Shown: positions 1-14,900 of the stretch, piece by piece
Layout of the letters: the number at the start of each line of letters is the position of its first letter
Position numbering within the stretch: the stretch's first letter is position 1
NCBI RefSeq assembly: GCF_032062105.1
Contig: NW_026926569.1
Coordinates: 186,001 to 250,000 of the forward strand
Direction: 5' to 3'
Length of the DNA: 64,000 bases
From: Saccostrea cucullata
Lineage: Eukaryota
Translations under genes and position numbers: made by a program
The notes under the pieces: generated by a model
Databases searched by the model: none
Seen by the model: only the letters and a program-made list of their open reading frames with translations
Told to the model about the DNA's origin: nothing

Positions 1-430
1 GTGGGCGGGTACGATACAGTGTGTTTCTTTGCAACTTTGATGCATGGATCGAAGATGATTACCTTATTGATTGAAAAATTTTGTAATCGAGATTATAATA
101 TCATTTTTCTGTAAATTATAGCTGAGTAAATCCCTAAACAATCGCAGGACCCCCGGTTCGCTGTTTCTGTTTCCTCAACTTTTGTTTCCGGGTTTGGTTT
201 TATACTTTATTGTATTTTTTAGAGAACCAAAAGGACATTCGGATTTCAGTAAATTCCTCAAATTAATGCTAAACAAATGATATATTCCAAACTTAATATA
301 CTTTATTTTCCAAGTATAATATAACCTAGAAAATTCATTTAAATAAAAATAAATGAGAATTTTAAACATATTTTAATGACGGATTTTCGGAAGTGAGATT
401 TTCATCCCATTTGTGTGACATTGAAACAGC

Positions 431-3400
431 ATGGCGACCCTCAGACAGGCATGCCGTCGGTGGCCCTTGAAAAAACTCAGTTTCTCTGAGAACAACAGCA
501 AGCTTCTCAACATTTCGGTTGAGAATGTTGGCACCTTTTCAGTTTGTGCCTCCTCGTCTTTCTCTAAATTGCATCAGTCTCAGGACAAATCCAGAGGTGA
601 GAATAGAAAATTAACCAGTGACCCTAGTTTTATCATGTGTATAACTGTATTGCGTCACATGAATTTAATATACCCATGAATTTAAACATATCATTTAAAG
701 AATTTTTGAGAAAAAATCAAAAGAGAATTAATGTAATTTATTGATAAAGGTAAACTCTTCTCAAGCGAAATAGAAATGAATTTTACAGGTATGCATAATC
801 TGTTGCATAATCTTATATAACTCTGCCAAGGACATTGATTTAAACAATTTGGTACTACATTTTGAATCATATTTTAAAAAAGAAGTAGAAAACAATTGAA
901 ATGCAACCCCGATTGAACAAAAATGATTTTTTTCATTGGATATCTTAGTTGATATCTTTTCCAATAATAATTTTCATAAATCAGACATGCATGTAGAATA
1001 TTCTAGACAGAAAGATGTATTAACCAGATTCTGTTATCCGTTCGGCATTGATAAATAAGTTGAATCTCAGTCAGCAATCTGAGCAAGCATGCATCAAAAT
1101 TGCACCAAAGATAATTCAATTTAATAATTGCAATCCATTTTGAACTTGCAATTTTATGCCATTTACATTTACAATTAATAAAGAGATTTTTTTTCTTTCT
1201 CCACATCATCTGGCATGTTGAAATGTTTCTGTTGCAGTGAGTGTACCAAAAAGTACATTTCTTGAAAGAAAGACATTTCACACTTCCTCATTGAACTTTA
1301 AAGAAGACTATTACAAGATACTAGGGATACCTAGGACTGCTGATCAGAAGGAAATCAAAAAGGCCTATTACAAGGTTCGAAATTGGGCATCACTGGGCAT
1401 AGCTATTTTAATCTTTATGCTTTTTACATCTGTGTATTAATGTGACACCAGTGTGTACCTTGTATGCAATAAACTTAGCCACAATTTGCATGAAAAGAAG
1501 CTATTGTGTTATCGAAATGTCTGCTTAAATGATCTCATTTTTAAATGTCCCATTTAAGATTTTTCAAGATTATGCAAAGCATATATTGAAAGTTGAAAAG
1601 GTAATAGTCTTTTAATAGGATTGGTACAAGTAAGACATTTTCAGGATTTTAAACCACACCTTTATCCATAATGTAAGCATTTGTTAAATATGATTTCAGC
1701 TTGCCAAAAAGTATCATCCAGATGTAAACAAAGACAACAAAGAAGCTGCCAAGAAATTCCAAGAGGTTGCAGAAGCCTATGAGGTATGATTTTGAAAATA
1801 AAAATAGGTTAAAAATGAGAGTGCCATTTCAGATGTAAAAGTTGCAGGAAGAAAAAGTTGTTAATCAGGAACTGTTTTATTCTGCAATTTATACTGCTGA
1901 ACAGACTGTATATTACAGAATTTTGAAGAACCTGTAAATTTCTTTTTCTATATTTCTTTTTGTTTCAGGTGTTAAGCGATGATTCAAAAAGAAAACAGTA
2001 CGATACGTTCGGCCAGGCTGGTCCCCAGTCAGCTGGTGGTGGCCCTGGATTCCAAGGATTTGGGGGAGCCTATGGGGGACAAGGAGGTAATAAACTTTTA
2101 TTATAAAAGATGTTTTCTCCATATCTGAGCAAGATACTGTAGATTCCTTATTTTTCACAAGTACTTTTTATCACAAAATGGCTATTGAACAGCAAATCAT
2201 GAGTCAGAGTAATAATTCGCAATTGGATGGTTGATCAAGAGAATTTACATGTATTTCAGCACCATGTAAATAAAAGCGCGATATTTCATTTCGTGAGTGA
2301 TGCTTCTCGTGAAATTATGCGATGATAAATTCCTCGCGTATAATTAGGAATCCACAGTATCTTAATTTTCGGAATCCACAGTATCTTAATTTCTTTGAAA
2401 TGCATAAACAATCTTCAAATACCAATGCTTTGTTGATCAGGTTTCCGAACTCATGTCGATCCAGAGGAGTTATTTAGAAATATCTTTGGAGATAATTTCA
2501 AGTTTGGAAACTTTGGTGAGAGTGAAGATTACGAAAGCTCCCAGTTTGGATTTGGACAGGCATCTGAGGTTTGTTTTTTTAAAGTTCAAAAAAAAAAATA
2601 AAAAACTACTTCTTAGACATATAAGATATTCACTGCCAAATGGGTTTATCTTAGGATTAAGACAGTTGCAAGAAAAATTCTTTTTCCATTTGTTCTCTGA
2701 CCTCTTTTCATCTCATCTTATTTTTCCAAGTTAGCTTCTTGTAAAAGAGGATTATTTTGCAAAGAGATAATCTAAAAAGCACATTGTTATGGGATAAATT
2801 TTAATAAGAATAAAGTTGTTTTCTTAAAGCTTCATGGTGAGAATAGATAATATGAATATTTTTCAGTACAGAGCAGGTAAGACACTTATGCAGATTTCCA
2901 ATTAAATCATAAATTATCTTTTAAATAGATTTCTCATTTAATTACAGGTATACCTGGACTTGTCATTTGAGGAGGCAGCCAGAGGCATCAACAAACAGAT
3001 GAAAATGAATGTCGTCGATGAATGTCCGAAATGTATGGGCAGAAGAGCAGAGCCGGGAACGTCAGCAGAAACCTGCCCCCAGTGTAATGGATCAGGGCTG
3101 GTAATATATTTGAATGAAATTTTTATTGTTATGAGCATGTAAATAAAAAATTTTTGGCTATAACTGGAGATAAATGTTAACTTTCACACCAAAACATATT
3201 CTATACATTTTACAAATATCTCATTGAGATTTTTTTTTTTTCAATTTTAGGAAACTGTTAACACTGGTCCCTTTATGATGCGTTCCACCTGTAGAAAATG
3301 TCAGGGCAGAAGGAAGATCATCAAACATAAATGTACAGAGTGTAATGGGAAGGGTTCCGTTGTGATGCCCAAAACTGTCAACATACCTGTCCCAGCAGGT

Positions 3401-5926
3401 GAGTCAAGAAACAGTAATAAATATTGGATGAAGATTGTGAACAGTACTCAAGATCAAAAGTCCATAAAACAGTACAAAATAGGAGCAGAGCAAACACGGA
3501 CCTCCAAAACATCAGAGGTGGGTTCAGGTGCCATGGATAGGGGTGATGAAATATTTGATGAAGGTTGTCGTAAATTTACTACCAGTCTGGCATAAAATGT
3601 CCAAAGCTAAAGACTGGTATTCCCATACATTTGCTTATACAAAAAAGATGAGGATCTTTCAAAAAGAAATAAATAACCATTTGACATTCCTTAATAGCAT
3701 TTTTAGCTTGTTTAGTGATACTTGATTGCTTGATAAGTTGTACAGAAATCTGTATACCTTTTAGCTACATGTATGTTAATTTTTACTTCTATTTACAGGT
3801 GTGGAGCATGGTCAAACATTGAGAATGAAGGTGGGAAAACAGGAACTATTTGTCACATTACAGGTGAGTAAAAAAAACTTCCTATTAACTGTTATTTTGT
3901 AGTAACATGTCTACTGTAGACTTACACATGTATAGCACTAGGTATTAGTACATGTAGGCTGTAGTATAAGAGAGCTTCTGTATAAGAATCTGGATTTTCA
4001 ATATTTTTACTCAGCAAATGTTTGATGAGTTAACAGGAATCGCTGTGGCTATGTGTCGAGCCATCCCCCTTCATTCCTGAACCCAAACATTGCCTTGAAA
4101 TAAAAAATCATACTTGCACAAATATTGCTAATCATCATGGGTATTTCATAACCCAGACTAGGTGAAAAATATACTATTCCTGTCCAATGTCCATGGCAGA
4201 ACTTCGTCATGCAGAAATAGTTGAATTCAAACTTTGAATGATTTGTTAACTTTTGTGAGAGAATGTGAATGAGAATGAACAGCAATCAAGGTTTATCGGA
4301 CACACTATTTTACAAGGCAGTTCTATGTTTTGAAAGATTTCGTAAAAAAAAAAAAACTAGGTAAAAAAATCAAATTTTAAATGGGGCAAAATTGTTTGCT
4401 AGTGTGAAAGGGCGAAAATAAGACGGGCCAAAAATAACCCTATAAACAGTATTTAGAAAGATTTTTCAAAAACGATTTGTGATATTTATAGGAGGATCAA
4501 TGTTGATTGATTGTCATTTCAGGTTGCCAAAAGTAATCAGTTCAGACGAGATGGGGCAGACGTTCATTCAGAAGTGTCCATCAGTCTTTCACAAGCGGTC
4601 CTGGGTGGGACAGTGAGGGTACCAGGCGTTTATGAGGAAATTCACCTCAAGGTAAGGGCAGGTTATTCTGGACTTGGTGGGGTCTTTCTTGTGTTTGTGT
4701 TAGCAAATAAAGTATAGAGGTTGGATTTTCCTTTCGATCAGGTTCTGTTTTGACTAAATTTTGAATTCATAGAATAGGAAAGTTGTTTTAGTTTCACTAG
4801 ATTTCAATGAAAAAAACTTTAAAAAGGTTATTTGTGGAATAACATTCATGTTCAAGGCAGATAATTTTAACCCAAATTAAGGAATTACGAAAAAATATTC
4901 ATGTTCAAGGGAGATAATTATATTTCCCAAATTTAGGAATTACAAAACATGAATGTTTGATGGAGATAAATATAACCCAAATCGAGGAATTGCAAAACAT
5001 TAATGTTCGATGGAGATTATTACATGTATAACCCAAATTGAGAAATTACAATAAGAAAATATGTTTAAGGGAGATCCAAATTGTGGAATTATGTCTCTGT
5101 CTAATGAAATTCTAGACTAAAATGGATACAGACATTTGAGGAGATTTTAATTCGACTAAATTTCAGATTCCAGCGGGCACTCAGTCCCATGACAGGATAC
5201 GCATTTCTGGGAAAGGGATCACCAGGGTCAATAGTTATGGTTATGGTGACCATTATGTACATTTCAAGATTAAAATTCCAAAGTAAGTCAGACATTTTTA
5301 AATCATATTTTAACTGTAATTTACAGTTTATTAAAATATATGAATGTATCAAGTACACATTAAAGAAAGAAAAAAAAAAGAGCAGTAATTTGCTCAGTAT
5401 GTTATGCAGATAATTCATGCTGTCAAACAATATTTAGATCTCTGACACAAGAACAGAGGGCTATAATCACAGCTTATGCAGAACTTGACAAAGAAGTTAA
5501 TGGTACTGTGGAAGGAATAGTGAATACTAAGACAGGTAGGTAGCAAACTACTAATAAATCTCCCCAAACCAAACTACACCACTTTCTCATTTCTTTCAGT
5601 CATTTGAATTTTTCATTTGTGCCATGTGCCGTGAAGGAGTTTTCTTTCTAAGAGTGTTTCTTTGAGATCCTTTGGATTGAAATAAAAGCAAGTGCAAGTA
5701 GACTAATGGTGTAAAAAGTGTATAAGACACCTAGTGGAATTTTCATCATCAGCATGTTAACAAGTCAATGTATTGCAGTAAAAAAAATTTGAAACATTTT
5801 GCCTCTGATTCTGTTTCAGAGGGAAAGTCTCAAAATTCAGAAAGACCATCTAGTGGCTCTGTTAATAATGATGATGAGGAAGATGAAGGAATTCTGGGTA
5901 AAATAAAAAGGAGAATATTTGGATGA
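431..5926 (+). CDS. DNAJA3: Mitochondrial DnaJ/Hsp40 subfamily A member 3 (Tid1), 12 coding exons
   Basis: Approximate GT-AG exons: 431-596, 1237-1374, 1700-1783, 1969-2086, 2441-2568, 2948-3100, 3251-3398, 3799-3863, 4523-4651, 5167-5282, 5438-5536, 5820-5926. Presequence-like basic N-terminus; J domain ([21 protein letters not shown]); G/F region; four CxxCxGxG-type repeats ([28 protein letters not shown]); C-terminus [15 protein letters not shown] resembles the long Tid1 isoform. Confidence 0.95.
4845..5092. repeat. Degenerate intronic tandem repeat, about 55-60 bp unit
   Basis: The motifs CCCAAATT-GAGGAATTAC and ATGTTCAAGGGAGATAA recur 4-5 times. Confidence 0.6.
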
Positions 5927-6269
5927 TGAAGATGCCACCTAGGATATTAATTTATTTATATTGTTTAGAGGTCAGTCTGAATTTATGGTGAATAGGAGGC
6001 TTTAGAATTAGATATTAATCTTCAGACACACTCTGATATTTCATAAAAATCTGAAAAATTCTTTACTGGGATTCCTCTATCAAAAGAAAACATGCATGTC
6101 TTTAACATTTTAATATTTTTTAATTTAAAGAACTAGACAAACAGTTCTTGCAAAATTGGCCATATTTATTTTTAAAATGTTTGCTGTTTCCATCATTCTT
6201 TAATATGAAATCACAGAATTCCATGATTTGAAATGTTTTTTTGTTTACTGAATTATTTTTAATTTACAG

Positions 6270-6427
6270 GACCCCAAGCAGTGGATAATACTCTGGTAAA
6301 CAAGATCCTGAAAGCTCTAAATATAGAAAAATCACCAGAGGAGGGGGGTGAGGACACCAAAGGTCCATCACAGACATTTACTGACAAACATTCAAGCAAA
6401 GGCAAAAAGAGCTCTTCTGTTTCATAG
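6270..6427 (+). CDS. DNAJA3: Candidate alternative terminal exon of DNAJA3
   Basis: Acceptor TTTTTAATTTACAG; phase matches exon 11 (ACA G|GA CCC); the frame is open for 52 codons (GPQAVDNTLVNKILKALNIEK...KSSSVS*) in otherwise stop-rich DNA. Confidence 0.7.
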
Positions 6428-8982
6428 GTGCATATATTTATTTATTCATGTATTTATTGCTGTACCCCCAAAATTATTCCCAAGTGACTCTGCAGTGTGT
6501 ATTGTAAGGCTATATAATACAATGCATTCATGTACATGTATTGTTCACCATCTCCACCAATCGGTAGATAAATGTAAATCCATGTGTACATTTCTATTTC
6601 AAAAATAAGATTTTATATTTAAGTTTGCTTTGTAAACAAGTGCTATGTTACTTTTCGGGACTTTAAAAAGGTTATTATGATTTGCTTATTTTTTAATTTA
6701 TTTAAAACTTGTAACAATTTTTAGATAAAACTTGTCCTTCAAGGTTTAATGCAATAGTTTCTCAATAATATTTGCATGTTCAAATGTATTTCATTCCAAA
6801 GTGTATGTAGAGACTATTAGTGTTCAAGGTGCTTTAAAACTGTGCAGAAAATTTTGTTTAATTCTTAAGATATAGTGTTGATTAAAAACATGTGAAAGGT
6901 ATTAGTGAAATACATGTATTATAATAGATGAATATGTCCCAGACAAAATTTGTATTATACATAACAGCAGTGCATTTGATTGATACACTGCTCTTCATAT
7001 ACATTTCATTGTCAAAGTTTATACATATTGGTACATGTATGTGTGTTGGAATCTGTAATTAAGAGAAGTCGAGGATAGACTTCAAAACAAGGTAAACTTT
7101 GTAAATCTAAGAAAATCCACACAATAATCACTACAAAGAATGCATTTCTGAGGTTATGTGTTTACTGTCATTCACATGGAAATATGGGCATTGTCTGTAA
7201 TAATGGGGAGGGGGAGTCGGGAAGGCTGTCCTTACTGCTGTTTTTAAAGGAACCTAACAAAAGATCTTCCATTCTGAAAAAATGGAAATGTTACAGTTCT
7301 TGAGACAGTTTGCACACTGAATAATATATGAAATGTAAAGAGTCTGTGATAAAACATATTTAGTGTAAATTATCTTTTGACTTGTCAGATACATGTGCAG
7401 TGTCTGCATGCAGAGTTTCGTTCAAATAATTTTATTTTCACCCTGTGGAAATCTATAAATTCACTTTTACTGAAAATTTGGATTGAATTTATAAAATAAC
7501 ATCACAGGGAAATGTATTGGATGTCAATGTACATGTATAACACAGCGTTTTAGATAGTCAGTGTGATAATTATGATATAAAGTGTGACAGAATTTTATTG
7601 TTGGAAGTGAATGAATGGGTATGTAGTCATATGAACAGGTTTAAAGTAGGATCTGTTTTCTTTCTATGTACACACAATCATTTCATGTATTTGTTGATTT
7701 TGTTAATGAAATAAAACAAAACATTAAAAACTATTCTATGTGAATTTGTTATTTGGAAGATGATGAAAGCTGAATATTTTCTGATATTAATCCTATATTG
7801 GACAGATGAAAGAAATATTCTCAACCAGTGCTATAGTTCTAAAAAATACTGAGGCATATTTTCTATTATTAATTGCTTTAAAACATATTGCTTCATTTTA
7901 CATGATGAAAACAATGGAAATACTCTTAACCAGTGCTATTTTAGTTCATAAAATTCAAGTTGGTAAAAAAATTATACACAGCTTTTTTTCACTTGCAAGA
8001 AATTTGCATATTCAAAGTTTTTTTTTTTAAAGATGGAGCATTTTAATTGTTTGCAGTCAACTGTAAAGTTTTAAACAATTTTGTCCTAATGAACCCACTT
8101 ATCCCTAATTGGTTGATACCACATAATCAAAGTCAGAAATATATAAAGTTTAACTTAACATCCACTTCTTCCATGACCTTGTGTAGTATCATTGAGATGG
8201 TGGCCAAGGTCACATGAAAATTTAACTAGTTTAAAAGGGTTTATTTTGAAAGGAAATTTGTGTCTACAGTGAAAGTAATTCAAAAATATTGCAAATTTAA
8301 TGGCCGAAAGTTATCTTGTATCAAGTTATAGGGATGGAAAAATTATGCACCAATCAAAGATTTTAAACAGACAGGCTAATTCTGACCATGACCTAGAAAC
8401 TTCGACCAATTAAAGTCACTGCACATCCATTGATCAGTGGCATTCTGTGAGTGAAGTATGAGCCAGATAGGGCCAAGAAGAGAGACGATGTGCTCCGGAC
8501 AAGGATGTTTCATATAATTCTGCTATGACCTTGACCTTTGACCTAGAAACATGGTTCAAGGTCACTGCACACCGGTTACCCAAAGGCACCTTACGGTTGA
8601 AAAAGGATTTTTTATATAAAGACTATGCAAGTAAATAAAATATTCAAGGAGAGAGAAAAGCAGGTTTTAATTCATATTTATTTGGATTCCAAATTGGTAC
8701 ACAGTTTTTTCGGACCATATAAGTTTTGATTCACTTGCCACTGTTACCCAAAAATTTGAAGCCCTATCAAGGATTTTTCATATATGTAAGCCTGACCTAG
8801 AAACAAACAAAGCACATTGGTTACTCAAAGGCACTCTGTTTTTTTTTAAAGAAATAAGTCCTATGACTTCTTTGAAACATGGTTTTGCCGCATTTTAAGT
8901 GAGAGAATTCAGTCAAGAGACAAAATGGGGGGGGGGGGTCCTTGTGTACAGTATTTCAATAAAAATTCAATAGTTACAATTT

Positions 8983-11900
8983 CTACCCTCCCTCCATGAA
9001 TTCATCATCAATAGTAATTCCTATACAACTGTTTTTCAAAGTTGCATGAACTTTAACCTGTTGACCACAAACAAGGTCAAGGTCACATGCTTTCATCATC
9101 ACAGCTGCTTGATTCCATGGAAACACTGAATCTAAGGTTGACAGAGTTATTCCTTCACACAGTTCAAATTCAAACCAGTAAATAACTGCAGTCACATGAC
9201 CTGTATCAGACGCTGTTACACTGACACTTGTTTTCAAGTCCAGAAAAGATGAAGGTTTATCTATACACTTTTCATTCAAGTCGATTTGGAAAAGTTGAAA
9301 TGGAGCTGTGAGTCGGACATGATCCAGATGATGTAAATCCACATCCAGGTGTGTGGCTGCCTAATGTTAGAGGAAAGTTTTCTTAATACACACTGTACAA
9401 ATCAGGCACAAATTGTTATTGCTATACAGTCATGTAATAAACAAACAGGGAAATTTTATTCATGATTTATTATCACATATTTCAGGGTTAAATTCTAAAA
9501 TGGCAAATTTAAATATAGCAAAACAAGTAAACTTCTTGCTTGGAAATGAAGTAAATTTAAATTGGCCAAAACTCAGTTTTTTTCCCATGATAATTTTTAC
9601 ATATAAAATTACTGATATAAATGAAATAATTTGGCATTAGTGCTGTAGTATTTTATTTTCATTTTTTTATTGAAATTTCATCTATTTTCCATAATAATCT
9701 TTTCTGAGGGAAATGTACAATCTTTGATCATTAAATTACCTGATATCCATTGATAAATTCAGCAATATGCAGTCCTAAGGTCACAATATTCCCTAGTACA
9801 GCACTATCTGATAACAAGCTTTCAGACTCTATACACATGGCATTGATTCTTATGATCCCTGGAACGATTCGTCCATCTTCTTCTAGACAAGTTAATCTTC
9901 AGATGAAAAAAAGACAGAATTTCATATTTATAATTTTGTAATGTGAATTGCAGACTGATAAATAAAAAGGTCGAAATCAATGGATTCAATTCTACATACA
10001 TTGTATAAACATAATACACTCTACATGTATGTAACAAATATTCCACTAATAATATGTAAGAGCTAGGTTCCAATATATAAAATTTGTGTATTTGGGGGTG
10101 GGGGTATGGGATGGTATATTATTTTTGATTATTAAAAATGCTAATTTAAAATAAAAAGAATTTACAGATTTAAACCTCAAAGAAAATGACACTTACTTCA
10201 GTAAGTCCAAATCTTCAAAGATCTGCTGCCTTAATGCTCCACACAGTTCTACGGGATCACACAGAATTATGTCATGTTTTCTAGTCAAGTCTGGCCACTC
10301 ACTCACATCCAAAACATCGTAATTCAAATCAACCAGCTCATTTGTGTTCAAAAGAGTCTGATACAGTTCATGAAACTCTGACTTCATAACTACCGTCCCC
10401 GATTGGTAACCACGACGACCCATCTGAAGGCTGATGGGAGAAAACATGGAGGAGAAGTCTAAAAGAGTCAAATTTCTTTCTGGGCACTGAGTTTTAATTT
10501 GAGTCAAAGATTTACACTGCATTCTGTTCAAATGCAGATTATTTAATCTGTACAGTTCAATTCTGTCCATGTAGAACACTTTTTCTTCTTTGCTGGAGTT
10601 GTGGCATCTGTTTTCCTCGGCTGCTGAGATTTCCGTCTTCTGCCATGACTTGATATGCAGACGATTCTGGTGGAGGCTGAAGACCGAGATAATCCTGTCG
10701 CCTTCTTTCTGGTTAATGCTCCCCTTTTCATCTGTAAAGGATTTACAAAAAACCAAAAGGTTGACCAATGATTCCATTGCAGCAAGATTACAATACACCC
10801 CTAATGTCATAAGCTTGTGTAAAGTATCATTCTCATATATTTTTCCATTAAGGAGATATGGACCAGAATATGTAACCATTGACCATGAACTTGCCTAAAT
10901 GACCTTACATCAAGATCATATACACAATCTCATCATAGACAGTCTTTGTGGCAAGCATGTAGTACTGTATATCACTAATTTTTCGCGACACCGTATTTTC
11001 GCAAGATTGTCATTTACTCTTATTTAGCGAGAAATAATTTTCATGAATCGTTACTTCTCAATAAAATCTTAAGGTATACTATTATACACGAGAATAAAAT
11101 TTTCGTGAGCTCATTCTCTCGCGTAATTAGCCGAAAATAAAGTTCTCGCGAATGAAAAGTGATTTACAATAATACTTTTAAGTTTCATCATTACAACAAA
11201 TGGTCAGGTCAAGAATTGAAATATTTTACTGAAAGTGACCTTGAACTTGAGCAAATGACCTTGGACCAAGGTCTTGAAACATCTTCAGGTCACAAGCAAT
11301 CTTTGCTTGAAGCATTAACTTTCAACTTTCTTTCTTAGAAAGCTATGAATGGGACACAATTTTACACTTTTCACCTAATGACCTTGAACTTGACCAAATG
11401 ACCTTTAATATTCAGGTCAAGACACATTTTCAAGTCATATGCAACCTTTATATTAAGTATAAGCTCACAATATTTATAAAGTTATAACAAGGGAAGACTG
11501 AATGTTCAAGTGGACATAAGGACAGACAGATGGACAAGGTGATGGATAAACATTGAAGCTCTAACATATATCCAAATCTTTGAAGATATTTAAAAAAAAA
11601 AGGGAATTTCTTTGGTTAAAAAGTTATAAAGAATGGTTTAAGGTTATAACAGAAACACAGAACAACAGTGACAGAAAAAAAACATGTCCCCAGATCTATG
11701 AACCTAGGGTATATAAATGAACCCTTGTAAATGATATGGTAAGGCATCACACTTAAAACAAGTTTTACTCTATCAAACAAAGGAAAGAACACAAAGAAAA
11801 TTGCAGATCACATGTCAATGTTGCAAGGGAGTCATAGAGCATACCTGTATTTGAATTTGGTGATTTGGAAGGAATTATGGGAAAAATAGCTTGTTCCCAG

Positions 11901-14900
11901 CAGTTTGGGATGGACGGACTTGTTGTTATGGAGATGTCTTGGAACAGATGAAGATCAAACCAAACCGCCAGGGCATCCAGCTTGCCGGGAGATTTAATGG
12001 GAATTTTTACCTCAAAGCTAACTCCCTCCTGGAATGTTTTCAGCATCTAGAAAATACATTTCAGTTCAAATTATTTAAATTTTGGCTAGATGTTTTGAAT
12101 CTGCTTCACAAGAAATGAGATTTTTCTTCAGTTTTTGCAATGATTAAGAATGATTTATATCAGTGCTTCTTCCTTTTTAAAGTTTATAATTATACTTTAA
12201 ACTTTGCATTTCAATCATATCAATTTTGCATCAATACTGAATTAAATTAATTAATTAAAATTGTTTTCAAAAATATCATAAAAGTATCTCTGAATCCACA
12301 AACTTATGTAAATTTATCCACAGTATTTCTTTAAAGTTAAAGATTAAAGTTAATCATATTATATAGGGAAAATTGTCAAATCTCCAATATTTTTGCAGAA
12401 AAAGCGAATTGGAATATCAGCAACGCATTTTCTAATTGCAAATTGATCAACAAATATATTTTAGGTTAAAAAATAATAGGTATCCAGGCATTCAGAGACA
12501 TTGTCATGATTTTTATACTTATTTGGTATTTTTTGTCTTCTATTTCTGTCATGTATTCTATAATACATAGTGTAAAAGGCTTTTTATCATTGCAAGACAC
12601 CACAAATCACTTCTTATTTCATATTACTAATAAGCATTTGTATCTAAGGCTGGGTTCAAGAAAATCTTATTTCTCTAAAACTGTATTCATTTTTTCCCCT
12701 TTTATAGGGTCCAAATGTCACTTTTATAAGGACTTCCAAAAACCTTGAATCTTATAAAGATGAATAAAATGAAAATTGTTGCATGAAAAAATTTCATTTT
12801 CAAGCTTCATTTCGATGCATTTCAAATTAAATATGAATTTTTGGAGTTATCCTTCCTGGCTGAGGATCAGATATCCTTAAGAAACTATTTTTTACCAATG
12901 CTTTTCTACATGTTTTAATCAGTATTCAAAGTACAGCCAAATCTTGATATCTAAAACTCAACTGGAGCAAGAAAAAGCTTCAAGACATCCAAGGGTTCGA
13001 GATTTTGAGGGTAAATTTTATTAAGAAAATGTTGTTGGGATTTTCAATACACTTCAACATACATGTAGCCAAGGTTCAACAAAGTAGAGTTCAAGATAAT
13101 AAAGGTCAACAGTATATTATTCAGGTATTTAAGAAATATTTCAAGTGGGTATTGGCTTTTTTAAATTGCTTAATTATATCCATAATATACTGTAAACCAA
13201 CTTTTATTTGTGACAACTTTATTTCATGATTTACCAGGGGTTAACAATAACTAGTTTCCAACGATTCCTTTTTGAGATCAAGCCTTTTTTGGATCTGTTG
13301 TTAACAGACACAGAGACTTTAAGGATCGGTTCGCGGCGAGAAATATTCATGATGATGAGGCTCTTGCAAAACTCAAGAAAATTTCTTGCACACAAATAAA
13401 AGTAGGTTTACAGTAACAGTATCCAGTATTCAAAACTGATTTATTTGAAAAATCTTAATTAAATAGGTTAAACTTATTATAATCACTACCTGTATATCAT
13501 TAAAATCAATAACAGACAGTCTGGTAGGCTCAGACAGGAACTTGAATTGTCCGCTCATGTTGTGAAGGTTCTCTGTTGAATAAGGTTCATCCAGGGAATG
13601 TGATGTGTTACATATAATGTGGATGTTGTTAAAATCTAAATTCTGTAGTCCAGGATACAAAAACCTGTTAAAATATAGCATTTTTTTTCTTGTACAGATA
13701 TACTTTGCATGCAAAGTGGGTAGGGAAGAAAAGCAGCAGAAAAAATGGACAGTATTAAACTTACAACCTTTTAGTAAGAGCTGATGTTTTCCTTAATTAC
13801 CAATTTGAAAGGACCAAGAATTTAGGTACAGAAGAACTACCAGTTATTATTTTGTAGTGTCCCATTCTCAGAGAGTTTACAGCAATTTATGCACACAGAA
13901 AATCAACTTCCATTACTCAAGATACTAAAAGTTTGTTGTACATGTGTTTTCATCACATTTTTGTATTACCTGTTCTGAAGCCTTAGTTTTTCACACTCTA
14001 TTGCACACACATAAACAGTGGCTCTCTCTGGTATCACTTTGCCAGATTCCTGCAATTAGATGGAAGATTAACACAGAGAAATTAGTTTTTGATTTAAATC
14101 TACACATACATGTATCAAGTATCAAGCATTTTCACTTTGGATTTTAGTCATTTTACCACACCTCCTCCTACCTGATTAAGTATATTATCCCAAGCATGGA
14201 TAAGGGATGGAATCACATGCTCTCCAAATAATGCAGCATCAAAAGTCTCAGTTACAAGCAAGTCTAATCTGAATTAAAGTAAACACAACTCCATGATTAT
14301 TATAATTCTCTTTTATAGATTTCTCACTTTTTCTCCTTGGGCCATTGGAATTACCAGTATTTCTCAATTGAAAAGTGATAGCTTTGGCACAATTGCACAG
14401 ATAGATGGGCAGCCTGTCTTCAATAGGATTTCAATACACTATCTAATTTAAACTAATCTTTTTTTATACCCGGTAGTTACAGCAATAAATATTCATGACC
14501 CATATGATATGACAGAGTTTAAATCAAGAAGGGTGTTCAAGATTGTAAACATTACCTTTCTGGAATGTCCTTGCCTAGAATTAGCTCCGTGGAATTTTTG
14601 GGAATTAGCATGACCTCTTCCTCACAATTGTTTGCGACAAGAATTTTCTCGATCAAGTCACACATTGTTCTTGATCGTTCGCATGCATAGATGTTCTTAA
14701 ATTTGGCTTTTCTAGCAAACATACTAAAAAAAAATATTCAAAATGTAATAAATACATGTAATAAAGATTTTAATTTGCATGTACTGACTTAACGTTATAC
14801 TTAACAGAACATTTAGGCACTTTTCTTGTTTAAGGCCTAATAAAATGAAATGAACTGTAAATATTATTGTATTTAACATTTTTTTTTTCCAAAATGTTCC

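Noticed and set aside
1-175. First exon of a gene divergent from DNAJA3 (donor-like AAG|GTAATC on the minus strand near 62)
   Set aside because: Plausible but unsupported; any remainder lies outside the window.
10733-10879. N-terminal extension of the 228-aa ORF as PRMT9 coding sequence
   Set aside because: A good acceptor (CCTTTACAG) at about 10732 fits the phase of the previous exon; the upstream part runs into repeat remnants.
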